Assembly (NCBI GenBank): GCA_951406725.2
Contig: OX597816.1
Location: forward strand, 92,938,001 to 93,002,000
Source of the DNA: Octopus vulgaris
Lineage: Eukaryota
Direction of reading: 5' to 3'
DNA: 64,000 nucleotides
Position numbers and translations under genes: made by a program. Numbering within the stretch: position 1 is the stretch's first letter; each line of letters starts with the position of its first letter. Positions 41,244 to 55,370 of the stretch are shown here, piece by piece. The notes beneath the pieces are model-generated. The model was not told where the DNA came from, ran no database searches, and saw only the letters and a list, made by a program, of their open reading frames with translations.

Positions 41244-43380
41244 TATCATATTATATTATATATTTTTTATACATATACATATGTTATTTTTCCCTTGCGG
41301 GTTCTCCCTATTTTAGCAGTAAATACCGAGTAAATGCACTGCACTTTCAGTATTGGGTTCATTTCCTAATTTCTTAGTTGTCTTGGAATTTACACCTACA
41401 CTTCCGGCGTTGGAATCTTTATATGATCACTCGACCTGCAAGAATTAGCAACCTGTTCTGAAAAATGAGAGGAATTTTGGGTACTGTAGTTCCTATAAAC
41501 GCAATGAGAAATGGTTGTGAATTTCATAGATGGTGTGCCTATGATCCATAGATCAGCTCGTGCAGGGTGATTTAAGGGCAAAACCACGAGATTAACAACA
41601 ACAACCGATTCCACATTCTAAAGATTTTTCATGAAAAAGTTTGCTATTTTAAAAAAATTTGTTGCTTAAATTCTGAAGTAAACATCTTATTGGAATTGTG
41701 ATAATTTTGTATGTGTTCAGAGATTTATATTGTTCCTTATATTTTCCAACAGATATATCGGATCTTATCTATTACGTTGGAAGAGATAGAAATGAAAAAA
41801 AAAAACTAGGTTCGATCTCATGTGAAAATTTCTTTCAAGTGTTTAGAAGAAATAGAACAATTGTAATATTTCGCAAGTACTTATGCTATTAATTCCGCTG
41901 AGAGGACAAAACAAAGTCAGTCCCGATATGATTTGAACGCAGAGTGAAAATTCCGCCGAATGGACATAACTAAACATAGCATGGGATTTAATGTTGCACG
42001 CTTCTATTTCTGATATTCTACTTTCCTTTTATAATTGCATTAATGAAAACCTGAAGTTAACGTTATTAAGTTATTAACATTTTATTAAGGTTTTGTATGA
42101 AAATTAATAAATCTTCAAAGATTTACCCTGTTTCAACCAATTAATGGATTCATTAGAACAAAAGTCACTCTAGTTTGCCTTCCCATTTTCACCGTCATAA
42201 CTATAATGAAATCTTTTACAACGTGTAAACCAGAAAAAAATCCCCTTTCATAATGAAGCTTCACATTAAGCAAATAAAAGCCCATTCATGCTACTTGTGT
42301 TCTTGTTTATAATATTAAAGCCTATTATATCATTAGTTCAATGCAAATAACTTGGAAATTTAAGCCTTTAAAATTCAGTTTTAGGGAGTGTTGATACTGA
42401 AAAAATAAAGGAAAAATCTTTTCATTCCTTTCTTGTCACTTCAATGGCTATTGGAAAGGTAACACACTCAAACATATATTTAAGTTCCTTCATTTATTTC
42501 TCCGTCAATCAGAGGAAGAAAGGCATCGTTCATGTTCTTTGTAGGCTCACTCAGAATTGTGAGTGATGAGTTGTGACGATGCAACTGAAGTTAAGTGCGT
42601 TGTTCCTAGGGAAAAAGTGAAGAGGGGAAAATTCCAAAGAGACGCAATCCTGAGTACGAATGATTTCAAAAATTATATATGGTGTGGTGGAACATAATAG
42701 AGAAACGGATGAGCAGCAGTGTGAGAGGTGCGTAACTAGATAATCTGTTTGGAGAAGTGGTCTTTGTAGTAGTAATGGAAGACAGAGAAGAAGAATGTAT
42801 CTGTGAGAGGAAGATTGTAAAATCATTTGAAGGTTAGAAAGCTCTGTTTTGGATACTGAACCATCGAAGATATTTGAACAGAATTCCAATATGTTTTAAT
42901 CAAATTTTTAGTTGTTCCGAAAATAATCAGAATTAAATTTTGTACTAAGTCTACCTAGGAATGGTATTCGCTATATAGTTTTAATAATGTTATATAAGTA
43001 AGGATTGGGTATGAAAACCTCATCAGGTATTATGAGGCATTTGTGGATATATTGGGAGATTTAATTGTGCTGCTCATGAATAGATAGACTCAGATATAAA
43101 ACATATGTGTATTGATTGTGTATTTGTGTTGCTGAAAGAGTCAACAGTACTTTTGAGGTATCAGTTCATAGATCACTACTGATCAAGTGTGAAATATTTA
43201 GACAGCTCACAGATATAAGAAAAAAATTAAACAACCGGCCAACCGAGCTAAAATGTTTTCATGATACATACTGTCAAAATCTTTGCAAATAAGTGCAATA
43301 ATCTTACTTTCTTCCAAGTCTCTAATAAACTGATGAGAAAGTTTAAGTCTCTGTTAGGTGTAAAAACTACTTATAGATAA

Positions 43381-43753
43381 CTAGCAGTATCGCCCGGCGT
43401 TGCTCAGGTTTGTAAGGGAAATAACTATAAAGCATTTTTAGAGAGTTATAGCCAAAAAATAGCAAAAAAATGATGGTAAATTTTTTTTGAGAGTTAAAAA
43501 AGGTGGAGTTGCGTCCCCTAGACGGTCTGTGGTTTGGGTTTCTGATTCTCGACCCCATGTCGAATTTATCGATTTTTTTCAGAACTGGGGGAACTTTTCA
43601 AAATTTTCGCTGCGTTAGTTTTGAATTATGACATTGGGCTATGTGTGTGTCAAGTTTCATCAGAATCGGTTGAAAGCCGTGGTCAGAGTGAGGGTACGAG
43701 AAAACAGACACACAGAAAACGCACAGACAAACTGCCGTTTATATAGAGAGAGA
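43381..43753 (-). mobile_element. Non-autonomous Helitron
   Basis: Minus strand A|TC...GC-rich hairpin (cctgagcaacgccggg)...CTAG|T: canonical Helitron ends, AT insertion site, no TSD. Confidence 0.8.
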
Positions 43754-44386
43754 TGAAGGCATGCGTGTGTATTAGTGCGGGCGTGTGGGTATATTAGTAC
43801 ATGTGTGTGTGTGCATGTATAATTAGAAAAAGAGAGAGAGGGGGGAAGAGAAAGAGAGAGAGAGAAACAGACAGATAGACAAACAGATAGACAGACAGCT
43901 AGATAATGTTTGGAGTGGCATATAACTAATGTTTCAAACTCTGTGTGTTCGGTTATATTTCAAAAGATCAACAGATGAAGAGTAAATGCGTTAGTATCTC
44001 TTATTGTCGTTCTGAGTTCAAATTCCACCGCGGTCGACTTCGCCTTTCATCCTTTCTGGGTCAATAAATTAAGTACCAGTTGAGTACTGAAGTCGAAGTA
44101 ATTTCAGGCCTTGTGCCTACAGTAGGAGTATCTCTTATTGCCTCCTGTATCGCATTTACGTCATTATGAATGTGACTAGCGTGAAGATAAATGGTTACGT
44201 TTTTTCAATACATCTTATAAATGTTACATTAGCACTGATCTCTGCTATTTAAGGAAAAATATTATGAACAGATTATTTTTAATGGAACACATCTGAGATA
44301 TATTAAATAACGTAAATATTTATCTATATACTTTTTATATCAATCAGTCAGTCAATCAATCAATCAATCGATCCATCCATCAATAA

Positions 44387-44446
<60 letters not shown>

Positions 44447-44453
44447 CTAATCC

Positions 44454-44489
<36 letters not shown>

Positions 44490-44491
<2 letters not shown>

Positions 44492-45860
44492 CACTCTAAT
44501 AGACTATGAGATGTCCTTGTCCATCATTGGTCAAAATGTTCTTCCATTCTTCTGCTGACTGTGCCCTTTTCTTCCATTTGGGTCTGAAGTTTTTGACTCA
44601 ATTACCTACCCGTCATCTTGAAGATATTTCTAGTGATCTCTTCCGATCTCTTGAATTCCATTTGACAACTGCATTATCTCACGTGTTGTTTGTAACGCTT
44701 GTTGCATACATGTCTGGCTCAGCAGAAATTGTGCTTTCGGTATTCCGTGATCACATCGTTCGCTTTATTCTATTCTCGACTTACTTTGTTTCTGATATAC
44801 TCTCGAAACGATATTCTTATCATGGATCTTTCCTAGGCTCCATGTGTCGTAGCTAGTCGTTGATTTCTTTCTTCGTAATAGTTCGTATCTCACTTGAAAT
44901 AAAAACGCAGGTAGGGCGTTGCTATTAAAGAGATTGGTGCACAGGGTCTTGTCCAACTTTGCTTTGAGCATAACTTTAATCGAGGCAAACGCCTTTGACC
45001 CTGCTCTTCCTCTGCGCCTGATTTCAGTGTTCATGTTTCGACATAAATTTCGTGTTTGTCCCAAGGAGACGTATTTCTTCACCACTTTATTTTCATTGCT
45101 CCCCAACACTATTCGACTTTATGCTATGCTTCCAGACGGATTATTTTGAGGTTTACGCTTTCAGATGCTTTATTTTGAGGTTTACGGCTGAACTCTGTAG
45201 GCTGAACTCTAGTGGGCAGCTGATCAGAGATTTCTCTAATGAGCACGATATCGTCTGCAAATTGGTAGTGTGCTCGTAGTTCGCTGTTGATGCTGATGAC
45301 ATCTTTCCTATTAATTCCTTTGATGTTTACTTCGAGGCAAGCGGTGAATAGTTTGGGAGAGATGTTATCACTTTATTTAACGTCCTTCCCAATGAGAACC
45401 CTTATAGGGGGTAGCAGCAGAGATATATCAGTGGGAATCGATCCTCCACCATAACAAGTGATGGAGAAAATGCCACCCATTTTCATCCAGTGAAATATAG
45501 AATGCTCTAAAACTGTTGGAGAATTATAATGCTCCAGGGAAAGACGTTATAACAACGGAAATATTAAGAAGCCGAAGAGAGCAGCTGCCAAAAATTCTTG
45601 TTCTATGTTACAATCGATATTTCAAAGAAGGGAAACTAAGCTCGCTATGGAAGGAGTCGAATATGATTTATGAGAAGGGTAAAAAGAAAGAGGTGAGGAA
45701 CTATTGCTCTGTATGCCTCTGGTCTCGCGTCTACAGGCTCTTTACAAAAGTCATAGTCACCAGATTATCGAACCAGCAGAAGAGCAAGTGAGTTTTAGGA
45801 CGAACTACAGCAGAATGGACTACGTATTCATTATAATACCGATTCAGTATTATTAAGATT
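44490..45860. mobile_element. Decayed RTE-type LINE with an inverted segment (minus 44490-45430, plus ~45440-45860)
   Basis: Minus: EIRRRGRAG.KAF.SIK and LFNSNALPA. Plus: APGKDVITTEIL, WKES and NYCSVCLWS.VY.LFTKVI.TRL. Confidence 0.7.
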
Positions 45861-46033
45861 GTTTCATGAACAGCCTCGTAAAACTCTGAGTAGAAATCTG
45901 TCGGGATTTTCTCAGCTTAATGAAATAGTATATTACTCTACTTTTGTTATTCGAGTACTATCTTTTTCAGTTTGTTTAGCAGCTATGTGCTTACTTGCGT
46001 GCGTGTGTATATGTATGTATGTTTGTGCATGTA

Positions 46034-47578
46034 CAACCTTGGCCAAAAGTATTAGGCCAACCCAATGTTTTGGGGTTCTGCTATCTCAATGTTAATGAAA
46101 CTCGTGCACATAGTAGATTGTGGTATATTTCACAATATGCATTAGTTTTAATATCTGGTTGACCCTCATTTAGCATAAATTACTGCTTTTATACTGTACT
46201 GTACATAGCACCCAATTATGAGTAAGACCAACGTCCAACATTAACTTATGTTTCCTTGATTATTTCAGAGTTTTATGCTAAAATACATTGTAGATACAGT
46301 TAATAAGCAGTAAAATGCCTAAAACAAGGGAGTTGGGTGAGTGTAAGCGAGGTCAAATCGTAGATCATCATGAAGATAGAATGTCTCAAAGGCAAATTGC
46401 TCAGAAGATGAAATGTTCTCGATGTGCTGTGAAAACGACCCTCAAGCACTTCAGAGAGACAAGACATGTGAAGACAATACAAAGAACAGGCAGAAAAAAG
46501 GTTACATCACCTCGTGATGATAGATCCATCATCCGTCAGTCGCTCAGAAACAGAAGAAAAACATCGTCGGAGCTCTGTGCGGACTTCAACAAGGCAGATA
46601 CTTCAAAAATATCAACCAGAACTGTTAGAAGAAGGCTTGTAGAGTACGGTCTGAAAGGTTGTAAAGCCAGGAAGAAGCCATGGGTTTCTGAAGCGAATAT
46701 GGAAAAAAGTCTTCTGTGGGCCAAAAACCACTCAAATTGGACCAGTGAGCAATGGTCAAAAGTGATATGGTCTGATGAAAGTAACTATGAGGTAAGATAG
46801 TACATGTATTCAATCAACATATAAACTTAATGTATCTGGTTTGTTGCCCAAAATATATAAAAAAGTATCCGACATAAAGCTAATATTATTTTTCATATTC
46901 TTACTCGGGTTTTCAGTACATCTGGTGCAACTATCATGCGTCGCAGATGTGGGAAGCATTTAAGGTTGAGTGTCTGGTACCAACCGTAAAAGATGGGAGT
47001 GGTTCTAACATGGTGTGGGCCTGCATGTCTGCCACAGGATCCGGAGAATTGTTTTTATGTAAGGGAAGGATAAATTCAGCTACCTATGCTTCTATATTAT
47101 CAGATGTTTTAGAGCCATCAATTGTTAAATTGCATCCAGGAGTGTCGAAAAACAGTGTTATCTTTCAACAAGACAACGCTTCATGTCATACAGCAAAGAA
47201 TACTCATCAGTGGTTTAAGACAGAGTATTATTCTCATGGACTGTCCAGTTCAAAGTCCCGATCTAAATCCGATCGAACACCTAGCTTCTTGGTGAAGCTA
47301 TCAGGAACAGGAACACAACAATTGAAAATAAGGAGCATTTGTACCAAACGTTAAGAGAAGAATGGAGTAAAATTGCACCTAGCACCTGGAAGAAACTAGT
47401 TGATTCAATGCCTAACCGTATAAAAGCGGTAATTGATGCTAAAAGCGGGTCAGCCAGATATTAACCCTAATGTATATTGTGAAATATGCCATAATCTACC
47501 ATGTGCATGAGTTTCATTAACATTGAGATAGCAGAACTCCAAAACATTGGAGTGGCCTAATACTTTTGGCCAAGGCTG
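46034..47578 (+). mobile_element. Tc1-family transposon with ~132 bp TIRs
   Basis: TIRs at 46034-46165 and 47447-47578, with TA on both sides. Confidence 0.93.
46315..47464 (+). pseudogene. Tc1 DDE transposase pseudogene with one intron (46792-46908)
   Basis: MPKTRELGECKRGQIV HTH, GRKKVTSPRDDR, WSDES, FQQDNASCH and SPDLNPIEH. The second exon has frameshifts. Confidence 0.88.
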
Positions 47579-47980
47579 TATATATATATATATATATATA
47601 CATAAGGTTGCCAACCACCAATCCTCAAATGCCTGCACAGGTTGCCCCCACCCACAACATTATGCACCCTTGCAAAACTCTAATTTAGCTTCCATATACG
47701 AGATGTGCACACGCAGACGCACACATACTCCGACACACGCCAAACACTTATACGTACACACCCACACATACGCACACACATGTACACCCCACACACACAC
47801 ACATATTCACCAGCTTTACTTCTGCCATATCTAGACACTGCGGCGCCACCAGTTTCCGAAAAGGAAGTGTGGTCGCTGAACAACTGATATTCTTTGACGA
47901 CACCATGTGAACCACCTTGGCCAATAGCAGCCTATCTTTTGGTAGCCATCTTGAACTTCCTGTATTTCTCCATTCGGCAA

Positions 47981-48040
47981 TCCAAAGCCTGAAAGAGACG
48001 GGCTCCTGTTCGGGACCTGCGAAACTTTAAGTTGCATGGA
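47981..48040 (+). ncRNA. Hammerhead-like motif (one extra nucleotide in the core)
   Basis: tcca-aa-gc-CTGAAAGA-stem II (gacgggctcc/gggacctgc)-GAAA-ctttaa-GTT^gc-a-tgga. Confidence 0.4.
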
Positions 48041-49169
48041 ACCGAATTGTTTTAAATCATATATGCGACTCCTACTTAACGTGTCCACACACTTGCCTAC
48101 GCACGCAGACACACACACACATATATAATTTAGGGGATTCTCCCGCCATAAAACTATCTTAATTGACTTCTTTTATCAACCTCTCTTAGTTTCATTATAT
48201 GCAAAATATACTAAATTAAAAATTCGATCTCGTGATTTGCTGGTCAAGGAATTATCCCGTATACAAAGACTGATGTAACAAAATGAATCTTTCTAGCCTA
48301 TTATGCATTTTGATGTGCAATTCCCATGTTCACATAAACATTAGGTTATAGATTTCTGAAGTTCATTATCGAAGAAGCTCTACAATTACTGTTGTATAAT
48401 TAGTATGATACAGAACACATCACACTATCATTTCGTATACAAGCTAGATCATATGCATTTATCAATATAATTCACTGTAATTATCATGCTCTGAATTGAT
48501 GGCACTTACTAGTACACAATACTTCATCATCTTGCAGCTCATAGATGTAAATACAGCTGTGAAAACACCGTAGCCAGTGTTGTCACATACACGACAAAAG
48601 TTAATAGCTCCCAACACAATATCAGAATTACCAATATTACTTTTCACTGTGTGTGTATCAGCTGGAGTGATTGGGTAGACTGTGTAAAAACAATCTAACT
48701 TGGTAGGACAGTTGGTATTGGTTCCAGTGCAGCACTTACCTTTGTGTAGGGTTTCCATTTAAATTCGTTAGCAATCAAAGCTAAATGTTATAGAAATTGC
48801 TAAGAAGACAAACAACCACGCTACTTGGTATTTTGAAGAAACGTGAGATAGACTGGAAGCAGATAGCGTACAAACTTCAAACGATGCGAGTGTGCTGATG
48901 GAAATCAACCTTGAAAGAGGCCACAAATGGAGTATAAAGTTGCCGAGGAGATATTTGAAATTCATTAAGATGGAAAATGTTTATCTCCTGAATCATACGA
49001 ATCAATGCGCAAAAGGAATCAAAGAGGAAATGTAAGATTTTAAAGCATGTGTCAAATGATGAACAAGGTTCATAGGATATATGATTTAGCACTTACATGG
49101 AGAACAAGGATTATACAAACGCTGCCTACTGATCTAGGTGATAGGATATTATCATTTCAGCAATTTATA

Positions 49170-49900
49170 ATCAGAAATTGGTTGACGCGTGGTTACAAGC
49201 TATCATCCATTGGAAACACGTCTTAATCTTGACATGTCAAACAAACGTACTTTCAACCGAATACTAGAAAAAACACTACCGGTAAAATCTACTGGACATG
49301 AGAAAAACAGGTTTACTCTAAATTAAAATACGCACTTGTAATAGCCTTAGATTAAAATACCCGTATGTATAGCATTCATAATTGTTATACAAACATGGAA
49401 CGGCATTAACTGCAATGGATTTTCTTTAATTCATTCTTCTTTGACAAATGATTCTAAATTAAAAGAGATGATTGTTTTTAAGAGAAAATGTATGCCGTAC
49501 CGAAAGAAATGCAGGCACATTACTGGTTGAAAGTCGTTGGATGATGAAAATGGTTAAAGGAAGTTTCGAACCTGGTGATATATTGAAAGGAAAGTGTTGG
49601 CTCATCTTAGGTTATATCTGGCAAAATATTGTTGATAATGGCCGACCACAAAACAATGACATAGCGGTAATTTCTGTTGGATTTACAAGTATTTCTCAAT
49701 AATTAGATGTTAATTTTCAATAAACCATTGAAAGACATTGTGGCGAGGAAATGGAGAGAATGGAGTGGGAAGTGCGATGAAGAGAGATCATGCACGAAAA
49801 GTGGAAGGAAATAATGTATACATTCAAGAAATGTTGTATTTCTAATGTGTTGGATTGTACAGAAAATGAATATCTGTGGGATGATGATGGGAGTGAACGA
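49170..49900 (+). pseudogene. pogo/Tigger-like DDE transposase relic
   Basis: Patches STGHEKNRFT and DIAVISVGFTSISQ*LDV..NKPLKD, followed by an acidic tail. Confidence 0.55.
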
Positions 49901-50795
49901 CCGTGGTGAAGAAGAAGAAGAAGAAAAAGGTGACGTTTATGAGAATGAGGATGATGATAGTGGTGGGAGCAACGATGACGACGGCGTTGGTGGTGATGGG
50001 GGTCACGATGTTGATGATGATGCGCAGCCTATAATTACGGATAACGATGAGGAAGAATACTCGTATGATATCATTCACCCTGGTAATTATGCAAGTTTAT
50101 TCAGTGCTGGAAATGATCAACTGTGATTTTGCAGGAATGAAATTTGGTAATTGAAATATTTAAAATTTACCGTGTAATTGTAATTTAAAGCTATATTGAA
50201 TTTTAATTTCAGCTTTTCATTCACAAATAACGCTTACAAATTAATTTTCATTTATTGTCTTTGTAAAATAGCAAGTGTAAATATTCATAAGAGCTACAGG
50301 ACAATATTTACTTAGTAAGACGTTTGTTTTGATATGTATATTGTATAATTATTAATATCATAACAGTAATGGTGGATTTAGAGAAACATTATAGCGTTGA
50401 ACAAAATTGATTTGTGGTATTTCTTCCGGCTGTTTAGGTTCTAAGTTGAAATTCCGCCAATGTCTACTTTGCCCTTCATTATTACAGGATCGATAAACAT
50501 TACTGTTGAAAGTAGGGCAACATAATCGAATACATAAACCTTCCTTAAATTTGAATCCTTTTACATAATTATTATTACTTTAGTACATTTTCCCACTTTA
50601 GGCATTTAAGAAATTATTTGGGAGGAGGGATTCTGCTACTGATATGGTACTTTGGATTCCGTCTTTTATCCCTGCCCTTCAAAAGTAGTAACTGTGTAAT
50701 AGCCAAGCACTATAAATGTGGTCAATTAAATTTGAGTTTCTGGAGAAATATGGTATATTCTTGTTTTAATTTGTTTTATAATCATATTTAAAACC

Positions 50796-51071
50796 TGAAG
50801 TATATTTGCCACTTAAATGTGGCTAACCCTTAAGGGTGGATGCTACTGTTGCTTGTAGCCCCAGGAGGATACCTCCTCCAGCTGGCTATTGACACACTTT
50901 CTGTGCCCTATCAGTATTTGCAAAGGGAAGCCATCCTTCTTATCTTCAATCTGACATGATACACACGGAGTCGAGTTTCTGGGTATTGACCCGGGGCTAC
51001 AAGCAACAGTAGCATCCACCCTTAAGGGTTAGCCACATTTAAGTGGCAAATATACTTCACATTGTCGTGCA
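50796..51071. mobile_element. Fold-back element with perfect 67 bp arms
   Basis: Arms 50796-50862 and 50993-51059. The body is homologous to 53528-53765. Confidence 0.85.
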
Positions 51072-52163
51072 TATTTAAAACCGTCCTCAATCATCACTTG
51101 CAATTAGAAAAAAAAATGGAAGATTAAGATGTTTTATCTTCAGTTTTCCCTGATATAACTCAAGGATGAATCTTTGTTTCTCAAACATTTAAACAAAAAT
51201 ATCTCAAGATGTTTAAAAACACGAGTGTGTTTTTTTTATTCAAATTGATATATTTACAAATAGCAGTTTGTCATACCACCAAATACAACCCGCATCTTAG
51301 TTTACCATCTGGCAATAAATTTTCTCAAGATTAGTCTAGAACCGAAGAATACATTTTTTACGTATGTTATTTAAAAGCTTCATAAAATTAGATCAGGCTT
51401 TCGTCTAAAAGCGTGTGAGAAGATTTCCGAAGAAATTCTTCCCCCATAAAACTACCAAAAATTGATCGCTCCACTTAAAGATTTCAGTGATAAAATTTGC
51501 ACTCCGTTTATCAAAATAGTTTTCTTGATAGTCAAAAATATATTATTGTTGCATGATTTCATGATACCAATAAAACCTTACTTATTTCTAATAAATACAC
51601 GTTAATTTCGTTGCCAACTGATTGTCTCTGATAAAATTTCTCGCAATCCTCTCTAGTATTGACAACTCCGTCTATAAATTCCGTTCGTAAGAATTTATTA
51701 CCCTGGAAATTACTACTAAAACTTCAGAATACATCGTATAAGAGATTATTTTTAAAAGGAAATGGAAAAGAATTCTAAATCCATGAATAAGATTAATCAA
51801 TGAATTTAAAGCGAATCATTTGTATGAAGAATCATGGCTAAGTTTGTCTTGGAATATTTTTCAAGTTTCAAATTCCTTCATTTTGAATAGCTGTTAATTG
51901 TTTTCTATATCTGAGGTCGACTGTCACTTATATTTCATGTAGGGCAGTAAAGCTGACATAGCAAATGAACTCTTGATCAACAGCCATTTAAATATTTGAA
52001 ATACGGACAAATGAATTGCTGTGTAACTTTAATCAAAAGCACATATACTCGCGCGCTTAAACATATAGACGTGCATACATAAAACATACATAGAAGTATT
52101 TTATGTATGTATATATATGTGTGTTTGTGTGTACGTATATATAGTTATAGATGCATATAAGTA

Positions 52164-52206
<43 letters not shown>

Positions 52207-52207
<1 letters not shown>

Positions 52208-52492
52208 GGCGCATGGCTCAGTGGTTAGAGCATCAATCTTACGATCGTGAGGTTGTGAGTTCGAATCCCGGTACGGCCCGCGTGTTGTGTTCTTGAGCAA
52301 GACACTTTATTTCACGTTGCTCCAGTTCACTCAGCTGTAGAAATGAGTTGCGACATCACAGGTTATTCCCTTGGATAACACTGGTGGCGTAGAGCGGGAA
52401 GGCCGGTATGCATGGGCGACTGCTGGTCTTCCATAAACAGCCTTGCCCGGACTTGTGCAATCCCATGGTCAGTCATGACCGAAAGGGGTCTC
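52207..52492 (+). mobile_element. tRNA-derived SINE family C
   Basis: A box TGGCTCAGTGG and B box GTTCGAATCC; homologous to 26972-27307. Confidence 0.88.
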
Positions 52493-52552
52493 AGCATATA
52501 TATATATATGTATATATATATGTATGTATATATATATGTATGTATGTATATA

Positions 52553-52590
<38 letters not shown>

Positions 52591-52904
52591 CATGTATGTA
52601 TGTATGCATGCATGTATGTATGTGTGTGTATGTGCGTGTGTGTGTATGTATGTATATATGCGCGCTCGTGTGTGTATACATATATATATATATAACTGGA
52701 AAAGGGAAAGAAGAAAGTGTGTATACACATACATACAGACAGGTAGATAGACAGACAGATATCTAGATAGATAGATATTGAAAACTATTTCCAGTATTCA
52801 GTTTCCCAATTAGAAGAACTGGTTTTTGTTTAACTTAAACTTGCTTCAAAATAAAAACCACACTTAAATGTGGGTATGGCTGTGTGTATATGCGTATTTC
52901 TTTG

Positions 52905-52968
<64 letters not shown>

Positions 52969-53527
52969 CATATATATGAAGAGAGAGAGAGAGAGAGGGG
53001 ATGCAGAGTGAGGGAAATATTATATGCGTATGAAGAGAGAGATTTATTTATATATCTATCTGCGTATGTGTATGTACACGCATACAAATATATAGGTATG
53101 TATATGTGTGTGTGCGTGCGTGTGCAAATATTGCATGTATGTTTAATAAATATGTTTCGTTTCACTGTGAACGTACACCCGGTAAATAAATTACAGCAGT
53201 TTCGGTAGCTGGCACAAAGGAATTATCTCTCTGGTTTCGTTTTTTTTATTATTTTATTAAGATCGTAAGATCACTTATTTGACCACTGAACTGCTAAAGT
53301 AACAAATAATATATCTTTTAAGAATAAGTTAATTAAACTATTTCTGACCTAAAGTCATTTGTGTAATAGCGCAAACTTGCACCATTGTATACATGACTTT
53401 AAAACAAAATGGTGAATCAAGATAATAACGTATAGCGTTGCACAAAATGGCGTCCAGTCATTATAAGGGTGAGTACATATGTATATATATACAATAATAA
53501 ATCTCTGAACGAGGTATAAACAGTAGC

Positions 53528-53770
53528 TGCACGACAATGTGAAGTATATTTGCCGCTCAAATGTGATTAACCACTAAGGGTGGATGCTACTGTACCTAGT
53601 AACCCCAGGAGAACATCTTCTCCAGCTGGCTATTGACACACTTTCTGTGTCTTATCAGTATTTGCAAAGGGATGCCATCCTTCTTATCGTCCACCTGACG
53701 TGATACGCACGGACCCAGGTTTATGGGTATTTACCCGTCGTCAGCGCACGACAATCACCGGTCTTCGATG
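53528..53770 (-). mobile_element. Short HHR-bearing element (same family as 50796)
   Basis: Clear homology to 50796-50992. gcacgacaat is repeated at both ends. Confidence 0.7.
53707..53749 (-). ncRNA. Type I hammerhead, G12 mutated in this copy
   Basis: gtgcg-CTGACGA-c-gggt-aaat-accc-a-TAAA-cctgg-GTC^cgtgc. The sister copy near 50976 has GAAA at this position. Confidence 0.65.
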
Positions 53771-53773
53771 CGA

Positions 53774-53866
<93 letters not shown>

Positions 53867-54019
53867 ATATATATATACATATATATATATGTGTATATAT
53901 ATATACACATATATATATATGTACATACATATATATACACACACACATATATATATACATATATGCATAAGATAATAAAATTAGAATTGCGTTATAAACA
54001 TAACTTTATATAGTTATTA

Positions 54020-54070
<51 letters not shown>

Positions 54071-54074
54071 TAAT

Positions 54075-55370
54075 TGATAGCATTTCCCACACGCGGGTCC
54101 TCGAAACACTAGCCATGAAGTAGGTAGCACCAATAATTATCAAATACATAAAACACTATGAATAGATGGCCGACAGTGCTACAGCTCCAAACAAAAAAAA
54201 GAAACTCATGAAAACCAAAGCCATTCCCATTTGAAGAGAAATATTCCAGGGAGACACGCTCTCTCCACTCCTTTTTATGCTTGGCACTGAGACCTTTATC
54301 TGACATGCTAAATAAAACTGGATGTGGATACAAATGTTACGGCAAAACAATCAGCCACCTCTTATATATGAATGACCTAAAACTATACGCTACAAATGAT
54401 AAACAGCTGGAAACACTACTACAGACAGTATATGGACTTACTAAAGAAATAAATATGAAATTGGGCTAAGAAAATGTACCAAAGCAACCTTCAAAAGAGG
54501 AAAACTAGTTAAGAGTAGCAACATCACATTAGATAAAACCAATGACATAAGAGAATTAGACCAAAGACTGTCATACAAATATTTAGGAATCAATGAACTA
54601 GATAAAATACAACACACACAAATGAAAGAGAAAATAAAGAAAGAATACTATAGACGAGTTAGATCAATACTGAAAACAGAGCTCGATGCTAAAAACAAGA
54701 TAATAGGCATGAACACTCTAGCCGTCCCAGTTGCAGCTACAATATCCTTAACTGGACACTAAATGAACTAACTAAAATAGACAGGAAAACAAGAAAAATA
54801 ACGACAGTATCTAGGATGTATCACCCAAAATCTGACATAGAAAAGCTATATATACAACGTATAGAATGTTGTAGAGGCCTTATACAGCTGGAAAACTATT
54901 ATAAAATAACCACCATTGGACTGCAAAAATACCTACTTCAGAAGCAAGGAAAACTAATACAAATAGCCACAAAACACGATCTAAACAAAAAACTGTTTTC
55001 AGTATTTAAGGAAGCTGACAAATACAAACAAGAAGTCATACTACTTAACAAATATGAAGAAGAAGAAGAAGAAGAAGAAGAAGAAGAAGAAGAAGAAGAA
55101 GAAGAAGAAGAAGAAGAAGAAGAAGAAGAAGAAGAAGAAGAAGAAGAAGAAGAAGAAGAAGAAGAAGAAGAAGCAACAAAAGCTATAAAACAAATGAAAA
55201 TCAAACTAAAACTAGAACGACAACGGTCCTTGATAAAACGATGGCAAGAAAAGTCCCTGCATGGCAAATACTGAGCTAAAATAAGCGCAAAAGAAATAGA
55301 CAGAGAAAAATCCCAGCAATGGCTCAGTAGTGAAGTGAAAGCACCTTATAAAAATAACAAAATACTGAAT
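54075..55370 (+). mobile_element. Decayed R4/Dong-like non-LTR retrotransposon fragment
   Basis: IFQGDTLSPLLF, SHLLYMNDLKLYA, YKYLGI, HPKSDIEKLYI.R...RGL and WQEKSLHGKY, with (TAA)n at both sides. Confidence 0.8.
55056..55172 (+). repeat. (GAA)~39 inside the RT relic
   Basis: Perfect trinucleotide run, in frame as poly-Glu. Confidence 0.95.

Noticed and set aside
46772-46781. CTGATGAAA motif
   Set aside because: It is simply the codons for the transposase WSDES motif.
52207-52280. Possible tRNA gene
   Set aside because: A and B boxes are present, but the sequence continues into a SINE body repeated at 26972 with a TSD.
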